From NCBI RefSeq assembly GCF_006345805.1, contig NC_043003.1, positions 12,462,001 through 12,526,000 on the forward strand: a stretch of 64,000 nt of DNA, written 5' to 3'. The position numbers and the translations under genes are program-made. Shown here piece after piece: positions 27,639 through 40,740 of this stretch. Origin of the DNA: Octopus sinensis (lineage: Eukaryota). Positions within the stretch are counted from its first letter, which is position 1, and each line of letters begins with the position of its first letter. Below the pieces are notes generated by a model that was given only the letters and a program-made list of their open reading frames with translations, was not told where the DNA came from and made no database searches.

Positions 27639-27806
27639 TATATATATATACGACGAGCTTCTTTCAGTTTCCATCTACCAAATCCACTCACAAGGCTTGG
27701 GTCAGCCCGAGGCTATAATAGAAGACACTTGCCCATGGTTCCACGCAGTGGGACTGAACCCAGAACCACGTGGTTGGTAAGCAAGCTACTTACCACACAG
27801 CCACTC
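27394..27806 (-). mobile_element. SINE family A with an expanded internal (TA)n
   Basis: Reverse complement of the family A consensus. Confidence 0.8.
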
Positions 27807-28735
27807 GTTTTTTTTTTTTATGGCACGATCACTGTTGGAGTCACCTTGTAGCTTGCAAAGTGAAAGAAGGCTTCCATGATGGATGAGACCAATTTATTGA
27901 TGTGAAAGCATGGTTATGGAGAGAATAACAGAGGGTACAGTTTTGGAGTGGGAGTAATGAAAGAGACAGGCAAGCAAGGGAAAATTTATGACTTGGATTG
28001 GTGTGGGTGACAGTGGGAACAGTGTGCTAATTACTGACAAGGTGTGTTGACTTGGTGGAGACACACCCACATACAAGTATAAAATATACCAATTTTATGC
28101 TCACTGGCTTTCTCAAAATTGTACTTTGAGAAACTCACTGACTGAAACAACTAGTTTCTTTGTCATTACAAAATAATTTTGGTATTCACCAATTTATTAT
28201 ACAACTACTAATCCTAGACATAACGTTGACCTGGAGCTAAACAATGACATATTTTAGAATTTCTTTATAAAATTTATTATGTATGATTCAATTTTTCCCT
28301 TTTGTATACCAAACTGATTTTCTTCTTAAATTGCACATCTTTCACTTCATAAAAATACTTGGAAACTGGAACAATATCTTCTTTGTCAAGGCTTAAATAT
28401 TTTTTTCTCTTTTCTCTTGCCATTTTCTCTTCTGTTAGTATTGTAGTTATTTGTAAACTAGTTACTAACCTAGAAACATAGATTCACTTATATATATATG
28501 TCTCCCTCTTTATTTGTTTATTTTTCCTTGAGGTCTTGCCAAAATCTTTGACACTCCAATTTAAAACAAAACAGCACTACTTTCTATATAATACATGTGT
28601 ATGCTCTTGTGTGTGTGTGTGTATATATATATTGATAGAAATGGTAAGACAACAAAAGAATGAAAGATACCTCGATATTATGTAAATAGAGGAACTCATC
28701 TGTAAATATAATATGTGACAATTATTTGGTTGCCA

Positions 28736-28803
28736 TAATAAAACTCCGAGTTTTGGATGTCGGGATGGAAAACCACACCATACCACCATCTCTTCAGTTA
28801 TCA
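28736..28803 (-). ncRNA. Decayed minimal type I hammerhead-ribozyme-like motif
   Basis: Minus strand: UGAUAA-CUGAAGA-stem II region-(G>A)AAA-CUC G GAG-UU-UUAUUA. Stem I has 6 bp and stem III is near-palindromic. Confidence 0.45.
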
Positions 28804-28937
28804 GGCCACCGAAATATATATATATATATATGTTTGTTTTTGTGTGAAACTATCTTAAAAACAATAGAACATTAAACTGAAGAATTACTCAATATTTTTG
28901 GAAAAGTACATATCTATTATCCTTTTACAATAAGAGG

Positions 28938-29026
28938 GATGACAGTGACTTCGAAGTTTCAACCTGCTACTCTTCGTCAGAGTCTAACAAAAGTTAGCAG
29001 GCCAAAACTTCAAAGTCATTGTCATC
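28938..29026. repeat. Palindrome (44-bp arms, centre 28982); each arm is a hammerhead-like motif
   Basis: gatgacagtgacttcgaagtttcaacctgcta...tagcaggccaaaacttcaaagtcattgtcatc. The minus arm reads CUGACGA...GAAACUUCGAAGUC. Confidence 0.75.
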
Positions 29027-29059
29027 ACTCCTCTTTTTGCCTCTGTGAGGCCCAACGTT

Positions 29060-29190
29060 TGAAGGCCATGTTGGATGAGGTGGTGAAGCATGATCTTCAA
29101 ACATTGGGCCTCACAGAGCTAATGATGAAAGACCGAGACCTCTGGAGATATGCTGTGACTGAGAAAACCTGGCAAGTAAAGTGAGATCAC
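29060..29190 (+). mobile_element. RTE-clade LINE ORF2 C-terminal fragment
   Basis: DEVVKHDLQTLGLTELMMKDRDLWRYAVTEKT, typical of an RTE C-terminus. Confidence 0.7.
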
Positions 29191-32100
29191 AGCTGAAGCC
29201 TACACCAGTGTCGCATAACCAGTCCCCTAAAAAAAAAGTACCTTAGGATTATCAGGTGACATGCCATGCTTGAGGCGACCTATTGAGTCAAGTACATCAA
29301 AATCAAAATCAAATCAAACCACAATCAAATGGAAATTGTTGTTGTGGTTGATGCCAGTGACGCCTGACTGATTCCCATGTTAGTGGCATGCAATAAGCAC
29401 CATTCATGCGTCATGCCGGTGGCACATAAAAAGCACCATCCAAACATGGTTGATGCCAGCCACATTACCCTGGCCAGTGGCACGTAAAAAGTACCCACTA
29501 CACTCTTGGAGTGGTTGGCATTAGGTAGGGCACCCAGCTGTAGAAACACTGCCAGATCAGCTTAGTGTGGCCTCCTGGTTTCCCAGACCCCAGTCAAATC
29601 GTCCAACCATGCCAGTGTGGAAAATGAACATTAAACGATGATGATGATGATGATTTATTTATTTATTTATTTATGCTTAGTGAACTTCTCAAACTATTGT
29701 GTACTTTGAAAAGCCCACTGAGTGAAACAATCAGTTCCATTGTCACTGCAAAATGAATTTATAAAGCACTACTAAATTCGTAGTGACTTCTTTATGGAAG
29801 TTTGTGGCTCCACTTCCTAATATGTATGTGTGTATCTATTTTATATATGAGTATATCAAGAAGCTATAACAGACACTTGACTAAGGTACTGCACAAGAGG
29901 ATTGAACCTGGAGCCATGTGATAGTGACATAAGATTCTTCATGATTTTGCCCATCTACAACATATGTGTATATATGTTTGTGTTTGTCTCCCATTATCAC
30001 TTGACAACTGGTGTTGGTTTGTTTACATCCCTGTTGAAAGAGACCAGTAGATTAAGTACCAGACTTAAAACTAATGACGAGAATCAGTTTGCTTGCCTAA
30101 ACCATTCAAGGTGATGCCCTCGCATGGCCACAGTCCAGTGACTGAAACAAGTAATAGATAGAAAATAGTCACATTCAACAATACTAACAAGCATAGAGCA
30201 TTGAAACAAGAACCAAATCTGCAAATTTTTATTTCCTTTTCTCATGAATAAAACATAGATCAATGTATTACATCCCTTGCAAATTCTTCGATTAAATATG
30301 AATGTGTGAAAGAACACATCCTTGGAAAAAAAAACATGAAAAAATCTTTTGCTTGGCAGGCAGAATCACATTTTGTACTATTCTACAAGTAGAGATCCCT
30401 TTCTATGTTATACCTCCTCTGTATTACTTCTATCACAGCAATACTATGGATCTTAAAACCTTGTTTAATTTGTGCTGCTGTCCACACGTCATTCTCTCTT
30501 TGAAGAATGTATCTCGAAGTGTTGTTTATTTATTGTTTAGTTTTTGTTTACTTTATAGTTTATTATCTTTTAAATCTACTTCAAATATTAATAATGCTTA
30601 TACTTTTAGAATTAGAATTACGTAAATTTTCTTCCCATTTATTGAATTGTACTTTTGCCAAATATTTTTGCTCGTCATAAAATAAAAATGGCTCTTTAGA
30701 AAAACAAAACTAAGTTATAAAACTTTTGTTCTGTGTTTTTCTTCTTTTTTTTCTGTTTATAATACAACCATTTGGATATTTAAAATGCCTTTTTATTAGT
30801 TCTATTTCCTTCTCCACAAAGATCCTATCTTAATTGCTAAACTGCTCTCTCTCACACACACACATGCACACATCACCATATACTTTGCTGTTTCTTCACA
30901 GCTTACATAATTCTGAAATATTCTGGTAATAGAATTTTAATTTAACTTTATACTTTAAAGTATTTTAAAACAGCACTTGGGCATTCACAATCGCCCAGAT
31001 TAGTTTTACTTTCTTTTTCTTTTCTTCATTTGTCTGGAACTCCCATATATGGATAAACCCTTCTAAATCTTATCTCTTCGTGATGTTTTAAAATATCATT
31101 TCTCTTCATATGTATGTATGTATGTATTCGATTTTAAATATTCTACATTTTTCTATGTATTTTCCTATTCTTTCATACCTATTCTTTACAGAGCTGTCAT
31201 TGATACACACAGTAATTCTTCACTTTCATACAAATGATCCATTAAAGTCCCCTTATATGAAGTCATGCAGCTTCTTCTACATAACCATGTTTGCAGCCTA
31301 TTTTAAGAAAAAAGTTACAAATTCTCTGAACAAAATTGAATAGCTTTGAAATGCATTTGCAAAACTATCCACATATGATGAATTGCTTATTCACATCTTC
31401 ATTTTTCCTCATGTCTTTTAGTGGGTTTTTTTTCTCCGTGTGTGTATGTGTTGGATTATTAAAATTCATGAAAGTGAAGTCTGATAAATAAATTGCATCA
31501 TTAATTGTAATTAATCTGTATTTAATTTTAATTATATTAAAGCATTTATTTTAAGTTTTTTTTTTGAGAAAAATATATCAGATAAAAGCATGAAGTCAAT
31601 TTACAAACCAGATTTCTCTCACGTGTGGCAACTTTTTAAATTTATGTATATTTTTTTTCTTGAATTATAAATTGCTTTAAACTGGAGGCTTAATTTGATT
31701 TCTTTACAATTCATATTTCTTGGTTTTCATTTAAAGGAAAAGAATGACTGACTCATAGATGTTTAATATTACAAATATCTATTCTAATGCAATTATAGTT
31801 TCTTTTGTGCGCTTTGTTTTTGTCCACTTATCAAATCATTTAGTGTGAAGTGTGTCATGTTCATATATTAAGATGAATGCATAATTTTATAAGTATTTCT
31901 ATAATTGAAAATACTTGTTGCACATAATTTAGGATCATTTTTAGAACCTTCAGCTACAAATTTTCATCTTGGAAGTGACAGTCTGGTTCTGTCCTTCCAC
32001 AATGTGATAGTGAGTTGATTTGATAAGCAAGCTCTATTCACATTTTGTAGTATGATAAATGTGTAAGTTTGAAAGTATATCTCAACATAGGCATTTGCTG

Positions 32101-35100
32101 AATGGGCAGAAATAAATAACAAAAATTATTGTTGAATGCAGCACAATTTTAGGGTTGGATGCATATTAGTTTTATCTCAGAAACTCCTACTTTCTTGGCC
32201 ATTTGTCAAATGCTCTTGAAGGATTTTGTAAAAATCAAAATAAGAGAATATAAAAGAATTGAGTAGGTATGAAAAACTGTGAGGCAAAAATGAAAAATTT
32301 AAGCTGAATTTGCAAAAAAATATTTATACAAATGACAAACGTGGAGGTGTATAACTTAGTTCCTGAATAAGCTTATCGATCTTTATAAAAATCAGTTAGC
32401 TTATTGAGAGTGGATTTGTCATTAACTTTAAATATCTGCAAGAAATATCATACATGGCAACAAGTGTATGTATATAAAGATATTACGTATATTTCTTTAG
32501 ATGTTTTCACAACCGTGCATTGAAGCATGTATACCTTGCTTCTCAGAATGTAGCACTATTTAATTTGGGTGTATAAATCTCCAGGTAGGATATCTAGACT
32601 TATCAAAACATCTTTGATATCATATTGAGTAAGATTAATAGTAATGTAAATATGAGTGTATGGCTGGGTTTTCGAGCTACAAAGGAAATTGCAGTACCAT
32701 TTTCACCAGCATAGATAAACTATCACCCCTTTGGAATATTTTTGATATATTGCCAAATAAATACTCAAAGGAATAAATAATGGGCTTCTTCAGATTTACT
32801 TTCTTAAAAAAAAAATCCTTTAGTAGGTGAAAGATGGATGTACCAAGTAAAGAGGTTACTAATTGTAATATCCATGTATGTGTGGGTTGCTATACAAATT
32901 ATTAATAGTAATTGTTCTTGAGAGAGAGGAAGTTTTATCTTTTAATGGATATCACATGTATTATATGCTAACCCATCTGTTGATTTATAACACACTGCTA
33001 TATATATATATATATATTTATTTATTATTTATCCATCAAGTTTTCCTGTTTTAACCACTTCAACTTGAAACAGTTTATCTACTTACAACTTTGACTCTCA
33101 CTGATCCTTCTTATTCAGGAACTCCACTCCAGCTTGTTTTGGCTACCCCCACCCCCACTTTTTTTATTTATTTTTGAAGTACAATGTGGTGAATTTATTA
33201 TATTTCATGAAAATGTATTTTATATTACTGCCTAACTTCACATCCTGGGGTGGGAGGGAAACAGACATCATACGTACTGTTTTATGAGGAGTGTCAGTAA
33301 ATGAATAAGTTAGGGTGTCAGCAACTAGATGAAGGAGCTGCAATGTTGATATCTGTCCCATTATTGGCATTATGCCTGGTATAGGGCATTGAACCTCTCT
33401 CATCCTTCATTTACCTGTCAGCAATGCAGATGAGAAAAATATAATACACAGGTGTAACCAAAGAAACTGATGGAACACCAAAGAGGCTTCTTTTTTGACT
33501 TAATTTTAAGGTTGTAGAACAATATTATGATATCTGCCACTTGTAATAGATATATAGGTTGTGATTTAGACAAGTTACTAAATTATCAATTATGTCTTTC
33601 ACTTGTATGTATGGTGTATGTATATATATATCTTTTACTTTGTCGGTCATTGAGTTGTGCTCATGCTGGGGCACTGCTTTGGAAGGTTTTGTCAAACAAA
33701 ACAACTCCACTACTTATTTTTCAAGGGTGGTACTTATTCTTTTGGTCTCTTTCGCCAAACCACTAGGTTGTGAGGACATAAAGAAACCAACACCAGTTGC
33801 CAGGCAGTAGTGGACGGGGACACACACACACAGAGTGAGATTCTACATAGTTTTCCATCCATCAAATTCACTTACAAAGCATTGGTCAGCCCAAGGATAT
33901 AGTAGAAAGCATTTACCCAAGGTGCCATGCAATGGGACTGAACTCAAAATCATGTGATTGCAAAGCAAACTTCTTAGCCACTAACTCATGCTTGCACCTA
34001 TGAGTCTTTTTTTTTTTTAAATGACCAACTGTGATCTGAGGAAGATCTTGCTGCTATTTCTAACACATTGAATGACTGCAGAGGCTTCTTCAGTGGTTTC
34101 ATTTTATGGCTGTAGAACGATATTATGTTGCTTTGCTTTTTCTTTTTGCCAAGGATCCCTATATCTTGTGGTTTGAAAGTTTCTCTGGTGTGTTATTGGA
34201 AATTTACATCCTAGAAAAAGAAAAGATGTCAAATCATCATTTAACCTCCACTTTTCCATACTTGCATAGACAGAATTTATTGGGGCAGATTTTTCTATGG
34301 CTGGATGCTCTTTTGTTGCCAATCCTCACTTGTTTCCACGTAAGGTAATATTCCCCATGACCAGACGTGTTTTCATGAAAGATTCGAAAAGGACACTGCT
34401 TAAATGATGGTGACATTTGTTTACCACTATCACATGAAGTCAAGGCAAAGATACAGTAACACAAATACACACAATAGGCTTCTTTCAGTTTTTGTCTACT
34501 GAATCCTCTCACAAGACTTTGGTTGACCTGAGGCTTATAGTAGAAGACACTTGCCCAAGGTGCCACACAGTGGGACTGAACCCAAGAGTATGTGGTTGGG
34601 AAGTAAACTTCTTACCGCACAGCCACACCTGCACCTAAAATCATTGTGCAAAATAATTCAATGATGAGGGTAGAAAGTTAACTATAGACACATGTTTATA
34701 TCAAAAGAATATTGTTGCAATGACATTATTTTTAACATGTAGTCACAGATGCCATGATGCTTTCTTATATTTTGTTATAACTTATTTGCAGAAGTTTTGA
34801 CACCATTTACCATATTCCACAACCCCATACATAATTAGATCTTTTGTTTTGACTATCTATCCTTGCTTCCACTATCACGAAGTAGACCTACCTAATTCCA
34901 GTAGGTAGGCTGAAATAAACAGAGCAGTATACCTTACTCTAAACAGCATCTTGCACACATGACTCATTGGCTTCTGTGAGTTAGCACTCAGATAACACAG
35001 GCTTCTCATTGCTTTCATTAGCTTCAATCTGTCTACACACGTACTTATGTACATGCACACATCTACATTCATGTAGTTTGTTAATCTCTCACTGTTACGA

Positions 35101-35394
35101 TTCTATTCTTCATTTGTGCCAGGTTTGACTCAGAATGTTGTTAAAAATTTGTGTTTATTTAAAGTTCACTCAAAAAACCATTGAGAAAGTGCCAAATGCT
35201 TTCTCAATATTTTTTTTTATTTCATTTTATTTTATTTTTAAAGGTAAAAGTCATCTAAATAAAGTTCTTTGCTTTTTTCCCGAAATAACTCGTCTACTAG
35301 AATAATTATATATTTCATTGGGTGGCTTCTGCAGTATTGATGCGGATGTGTTAAGAACTGTGGTGATGCCAATTCTACTTAGTAAATTAATTTT

Positions 35395-35397
<3 letters not shown>

Positions 35398-35428
<31 letters not shown>

Positions 35429-35860
35429 TTAGCGTCCGCTTTCCATGCTAGCATGGGTTGGACGGTTCAACTGGGGTCTGGGAACCCAGAAGGCTGCACC
35501 AGGCCCAGTCTGATCTGGCAGTATTACTATGGCTGGATGCCCTTCCTAACGCCAACCACTCCGTGAGTGTAGTGGGTGCTTTTTACGTGCCACCTGCACA
35601 GGTGCCAGACGGAGCTGGCAAACGGCCACGGACGGATGGTGGTTTTTACGTGCCACCGGCACGGGGGCCAGGCAAGGCTGGCAACGGCCACGATCGAATG
35701 GTGCTTTTACATGCCACCGGCACGGAGGCCGGTCGGGGCGGCACTGGCAATAGACACGGTCTGGTGGTGCTTTTTACGTGCCACCGGCACAGGGACCAGG
35801 TGAGGCTGGCAACGGCCACGATCAGATGGTGCTTTTTACATGCCACCGGCACGGAGGCCA
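35398..35860 (-). mobile_element. RTE-tail-type SINE carrying a GC-rich ~60-bp internal tandem array (5 units)
   Basis: (CAT)n tail; repeated core tgcttttacgtgccaccggcac. Confidence 0.75.
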
Positions 35861-36221
35861 ATATATATATATATATATTATCTTTTACTTGTTTCAGTCG
35901 TTAGACTGTGGCCATGCTGGGGCACCACCTTGAAGAAATTTTAGTCAAATGAATTTATCCCAGTACATTTTCTGTTAAAGCCTGATACTTATTCTATCAG
36001 TGTCTGTTGTTGAACAGCTAAGTTACATAACACACCAACACTGATTGTCAAGTGATAGTGGGAGCAAACACACACATTCTTTTATATATATATATATATG
36101 TATATATACAGTTTAAAAATAGGATAAAATTTTTATAAGAATTTATCAAGTAGTTAGCGTGAAAAACCTCATAAGAGAAAAAAATCCACCAATTCTTTCA
36201 CTTAAATATATTTATTTATAC

Positions 36222-36465
36222 TATATAGAGGGCATTACTATACATAAATGCCACATGCTAGGAGGGACTCTTAAAGTCAAAACTACCAAAATAAATAAAC
36301 ACATCGTACAGAATGAAACTCTTGAAGCAAGTCATTTAAAAATGTTTTTAAATGACTTGCTTCAAGAGTTGCATTCTGTACGATGTGTTTATTTATTTTG
36401 GTAGTTTTGACTTTAAGAGTCCCTCCTAGCGTGTGACATTTATGTATAGTAATGCCCTCTATATA
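36222..36465. repeat. Near-perfect foldback: 121-bp arms, 2-nt spacer, 3 mismatches
   Basis: Arm 36222-36342 is the reverse complement of 36345-36465. Confidence 0.9.
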
Positions 36466-37542
36466 ATATATATATATATATAAGCACTCCATTGGTTACA
36501 ACAAGAGTCCCAGCTGATACGATCAACGGAACAGCTTGCTTATGAAATTAATGTGTAAGTGGCTCATCACTTCACAGACACGTGTACCCCTTAATGTAGT
36601 TTTCAGGGAGATTTAGTGTGACACAGAATGTGACAAGGCTGGCCTTTTGAAATACAGATACTACTCACTTTTGCCAGCTGAGTGGACTGGAGCAACATGC
36701 AATAAAGTGTCTTGCTCAGCGATGCAACACGTCACCAAGAATTGAACTCACAACCTTACAATCATGAGCCAAATGCCCTAACCACTAGGCCACAACAGAC
36801 TTTTAAAAATTTCTCTCTACCAAATCCTCTCCTAAGGTTTTGGTTGGCCTGAAGCTTTAGAAGACATTTGCCCCAGGTGTTATGCAGTGAGACTGAATTT
36901 GGAACCATGTGGTTGGGAAGCAACTTCTTACCACACCCACACTTGTGCCTATATATATCTTATACATTTTTCAAAAAAAAATTTTAAATGAAAAATATCT
37001 TTTGTCAAATGGTATTATGTTTTAGGTAAAATTTGATGAATTATTTGATAGATGCTTGGTAAGATTTTATAAAATGATAAAAAAAAATGAAAAAGATGAC
37101 AAAAGATCTTGCTGAGTGTCAAAATATTGTCCCGGAGAAGCATTACTAACCCATACCAGCTTGGCAAAATGGATGTAAAAAATGGTAGTGGTTGTGATGG
37201 AGGGTGGAATATGTAATGTCTTACATTTAGATAACTCTTAACTATTATGTACATACTTAATCTATGGTTCCTGCTTACTCTACTTCATTACTCTGCTATT
37301 ACTGTGCTTCCCTACAATCCGTCTAACAATTTCCCATTAATCTGTCCATATTCAGTCCCTCCTACCAGCTATCTCTTTCTTTCCTTCCTCCATTCCTCTA
37401 GTCTCATTCATTATTGAGATCTCTCCTTCACCATCATCCATCTTTATTGTTATGGATAGATAAGAACTGATTAGAGCTGTAACTACCAATCTAATCCAGA
37501 CCAGTATAAGAAAAGTGGTGGTGGTGGTGCAAAGTTTTTCGC

Positions 37543-38331
37543 TCTCTTTTACTCTTTTACTTGTTTCAGTCATTTGACTGTGGCCATGCTGGAGCACTGC
37601 CTTTAGTCAAGCAAATCAACTCCAGGACTTATTCTTTGGAAGCCTAGTACTTATTCTATTGGTCTCTTTTGCCAAACTGCTAAGTTATGGGGATGTAAAC
37701 ACACCACCATCGGTTGTCAAGCGATGTTGGGGGGGACAAACACAAACATATACACACACATACATACATATATATATATATACTAGCAGTATCGCCCGGC
37801 GTTGCTCAGGTTTGTAAGGGAAATAACTATAAAGCATTTTTAGAGAGTTATAGCCAAAAAATAGCAAAAAAATGGAAAAAAAATGATGGTAAATTTTTTT
37901 GAGAGTTAAAACAGGTGAGTTGCGTCCCCTAGACGGTCTGTGGTTTGGGTTTCATTCTCGACCCCATGTCGATACGATTTTTTCAGAACTGGGGGAACTT
38001 TTCAAATTTTCGCTGCGGAGTTTTGAATTATGACTTGGGCTATGTGTGTGTCAAGTTTCATCAGAATCGTTGAAAGCCGTGGTCAGGGTGAGGGTACGGA
38101 AAACAGACACACAGAAACACGCACAGACAAACTGCCGTTTATATATAGAGAGATATATATATATACACATACACAACAGGCTTCTTTCAGTTTCCGTCTA
38201 CCAAATCCACTCACAAGGCTTTGGTTGGCCCGAGGCTATAGTAGAAGACACTTGCCCAAGGTCCATGCAGTGAGAATGAACCCAGAACCATGTGGTTGGT
38301 AAGCAAGCTACTTACCACACAGCCACTCCTG
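37543..38331 (-). mobile_element. SINE family A interrupted by a Helitron in its (TA)n
   Basis: Family A tail at 37543-37780 and head at 38160-38331. Confidence 0.8.
37783..38153 (-). mobile_element. Non-autonomous Helitron (same 3' end as 1232-1627)
   Basis: The minus strand starts TC and ends cctgagcaacgccgggcgatactgCTAG; A|T insertion site. Confidence 0.8.
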
Positions 38332-40429
38332 TGTGTACAAGTTGTATTTTTCAAACTGTTTTATCAAAGCATTATTTCTGGTGATAGTCGAATTTGCCTA
38401 TCATTCTTTTGGTATTGACGAAATAAAGCACCAATCAATTACTGGGATCAATGGGATTCACCAACACCCTCCCCTCAAAATTTTCTGGTCTTATGCCTAA
38501 ATCAAGAAACATTATTTTGGGGGTAATATTGAGAAACCTGATAGTAGCAAGCTGGCTGAATCGTTAGCATGCCGGGCAAAATGCTTAACGGCATTTCATC
38601 CATCTTTACATTCTGAGTTCAAATTCTGTCAAGTTTGACTTTACCTTTCTTTCTTTCGGGGTTCGATAAAATACTGGTTTCAATGTAATCAACTTACCTT
38701 GCTCCTCTGAAATTGCTGGCCTTGTGTGAAAATTTGAAGCCAATATTTAGAAACCTTTGGTGCAAATTGTGATGAACTCGAAAAAACTCTGTGTACATGA
38801 AATAAAATTTCTCAAATTGGAAATTAGTATCAGATTGTTGTTTTGATTTTTTTGAGAGATTAGTGTCACATCACTCTACTAAATAATAGTAATAATTCAG
38901 TTTGTTGTAATATTATTTGTGAACATCTAGTTCTGTTCGTTATTTACATCTCAGTGTCCATCTTCCTGGAATTATCTAGGATTTTCATCTTTTAAATAAG
39001 TTTATCATTTTTATTTTACCAAAAAAAAAATAAATTCAGGAAAGACTTGTTAAAATAAGATGTTCTTCTTTTAGAAATTGTTTAGAAATTGTCCGTTAAA
39101 TTTGTTTCCAATGAAAAGTTGTTTACTGTTAGTCAACTTCTAATCAACTAAAATCTTCAGGAGAAAGAAATCCATGAATTTATTCCTTGATTCTTATCTC
39201 AATGTCAGATTTCTACTGTGTTGCTTTCTCTCTAATTTGTATAGGACTAACTCTAGTCATGAATTTAAATATTTGGGATATTTTTATTCTCTATAATTAA
39301 CAACATCAATATATTTCCAAATCGTTGTAAAAATGGTATATAAGGTACATACTGTTACATATTGCTGAATCTATTGAATATTACTTGTTCAATACAAATT
39401 TACCTTACCATTTAGCTAGTTATCTTGTTATTAATGTAAACAACTCTTCAGTAACAATTGTGCTCACACACAGTTTGAAATCTTTTCCAAGTTCTACTTT
39501 GAAGTTTGTGTTTATAGCAATAATTTTAAATCTCTTGTCAGGTGATTAAAAAGATGATTATGATATTCATGTTAATTAACGACTAATAGCTTGTTTAAAA
39601 TTCTTTATATATATACATATATATATATATTTATTTATTTTATTTAATGCTATTCAATTATAAATCTGACTTATTTACCGATTCCTTCCAATACACCTCT
39701 TTTGGTGAGATGATATTGCATGATGACAAAAGTGAAAATAAATTTGTAATGGTTTAAATTTTTTCTTTTTTTAGTGACTCTATAAGTTGATCGATTAAAT
39801 GAATATATTCACAATAATTCAAATTGTAACGACAATGATATAAAATGGAGCAAACAAAAACAATTTTGTTATGTCAAATTAAAAATAGTCATGCAAGATG
39901 TTTTGAGAATAAAAATATTTAGATTAAATTAGATTTTGTTGAAGCGTCTGGAGTAGGAGATGAATACTTCATCTGAGATAAACTATAATCAATTTATTTA
40001 TTCAAGATAAGTCTTTTTAGATGTCACTAATTTTAAGTTCTAAATCAGAGATGTCTGTCTTTTTAGAGATGAATGAATGACATAGATGTAAAAAGACATA
40101 TGAAAAAATAAAAGGATTACTACTTAACAAAATTTATAGTAACTTTTAGATTATACTATTTAAGCTAAATTATATATAGAGATGTGTGTGTGTGTGTATA
40201 CATACATATTTACTTCTGATATAAGGATAAAATTTTTCAAAAAAATCTTATCAATGGCCAGCATATTAAAATACCTTTTAAGGTGAAAATTATAAACAAT
40301 TATAAGGGCAAAAAAAAAAAATTTTCTATGCCAATATGCTGAAAGATAGACTTTAGACCATCTAACCACATACAATATTTTTCTTTTGCGCTTATTTATA
40401 ATTTTGTGTGTGTGTGTGTGTGTGTGTGT

Positions 40430-40740
40430 CTGATGATGGCCATCCACTTGTGACCGAGGAAGACCACTGCTGACCTTTAGAAACATTGTACGTTCTAAGA
40501 CTAACTTATATTTTGCATTTGCTGCTCCATTGCTAATGAGCCTTGGTCTTGACAAGCATACATGGCTACAAACATTGCAAACCAAGCTTTCCCCATTCAC
40601 TATGCTAGCAGTGCGCTTTCGAGCAGCATGCTTAAACTCTTCATGCAAGATTCGTGCACTTTCAAACCTGTCGACCCCCTCCTTAAAGGTATCCAAGGGC
40701 CATGTGATAGTGTTATGATGGATTAGGCATGTCACCCTAC
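40430..40740 (-). mobile_element. RTE-clade LINE 3' fragment (ORF2 C-terminal Cys/His region)
   Basis: KEGVDRFESARILHEEFKHAARK...LVCNVCSHVCLSRPRLIS, an RTE C-terminal CxxC...LS..GL.SH-type motif, followed by (CA)n. Confidence 0.7.

Noticed and set aside
33409-33440. Pyrimidine tract-CAG|GTAAAT on the minus strand
   Set aside because: Opposite strand to the host gene, and no minus-strand gene was detected.
35575-35860. Regularly spaced repeats resembling a CRISPR array
   Set aside because: The spacers are themselves related, it lies within a eukaryotic SINE, and there are no cas genes.
35458-35904. 148-aa GC-rich ORF
   Set aside because: Translation of the SINE internal minisatellite.
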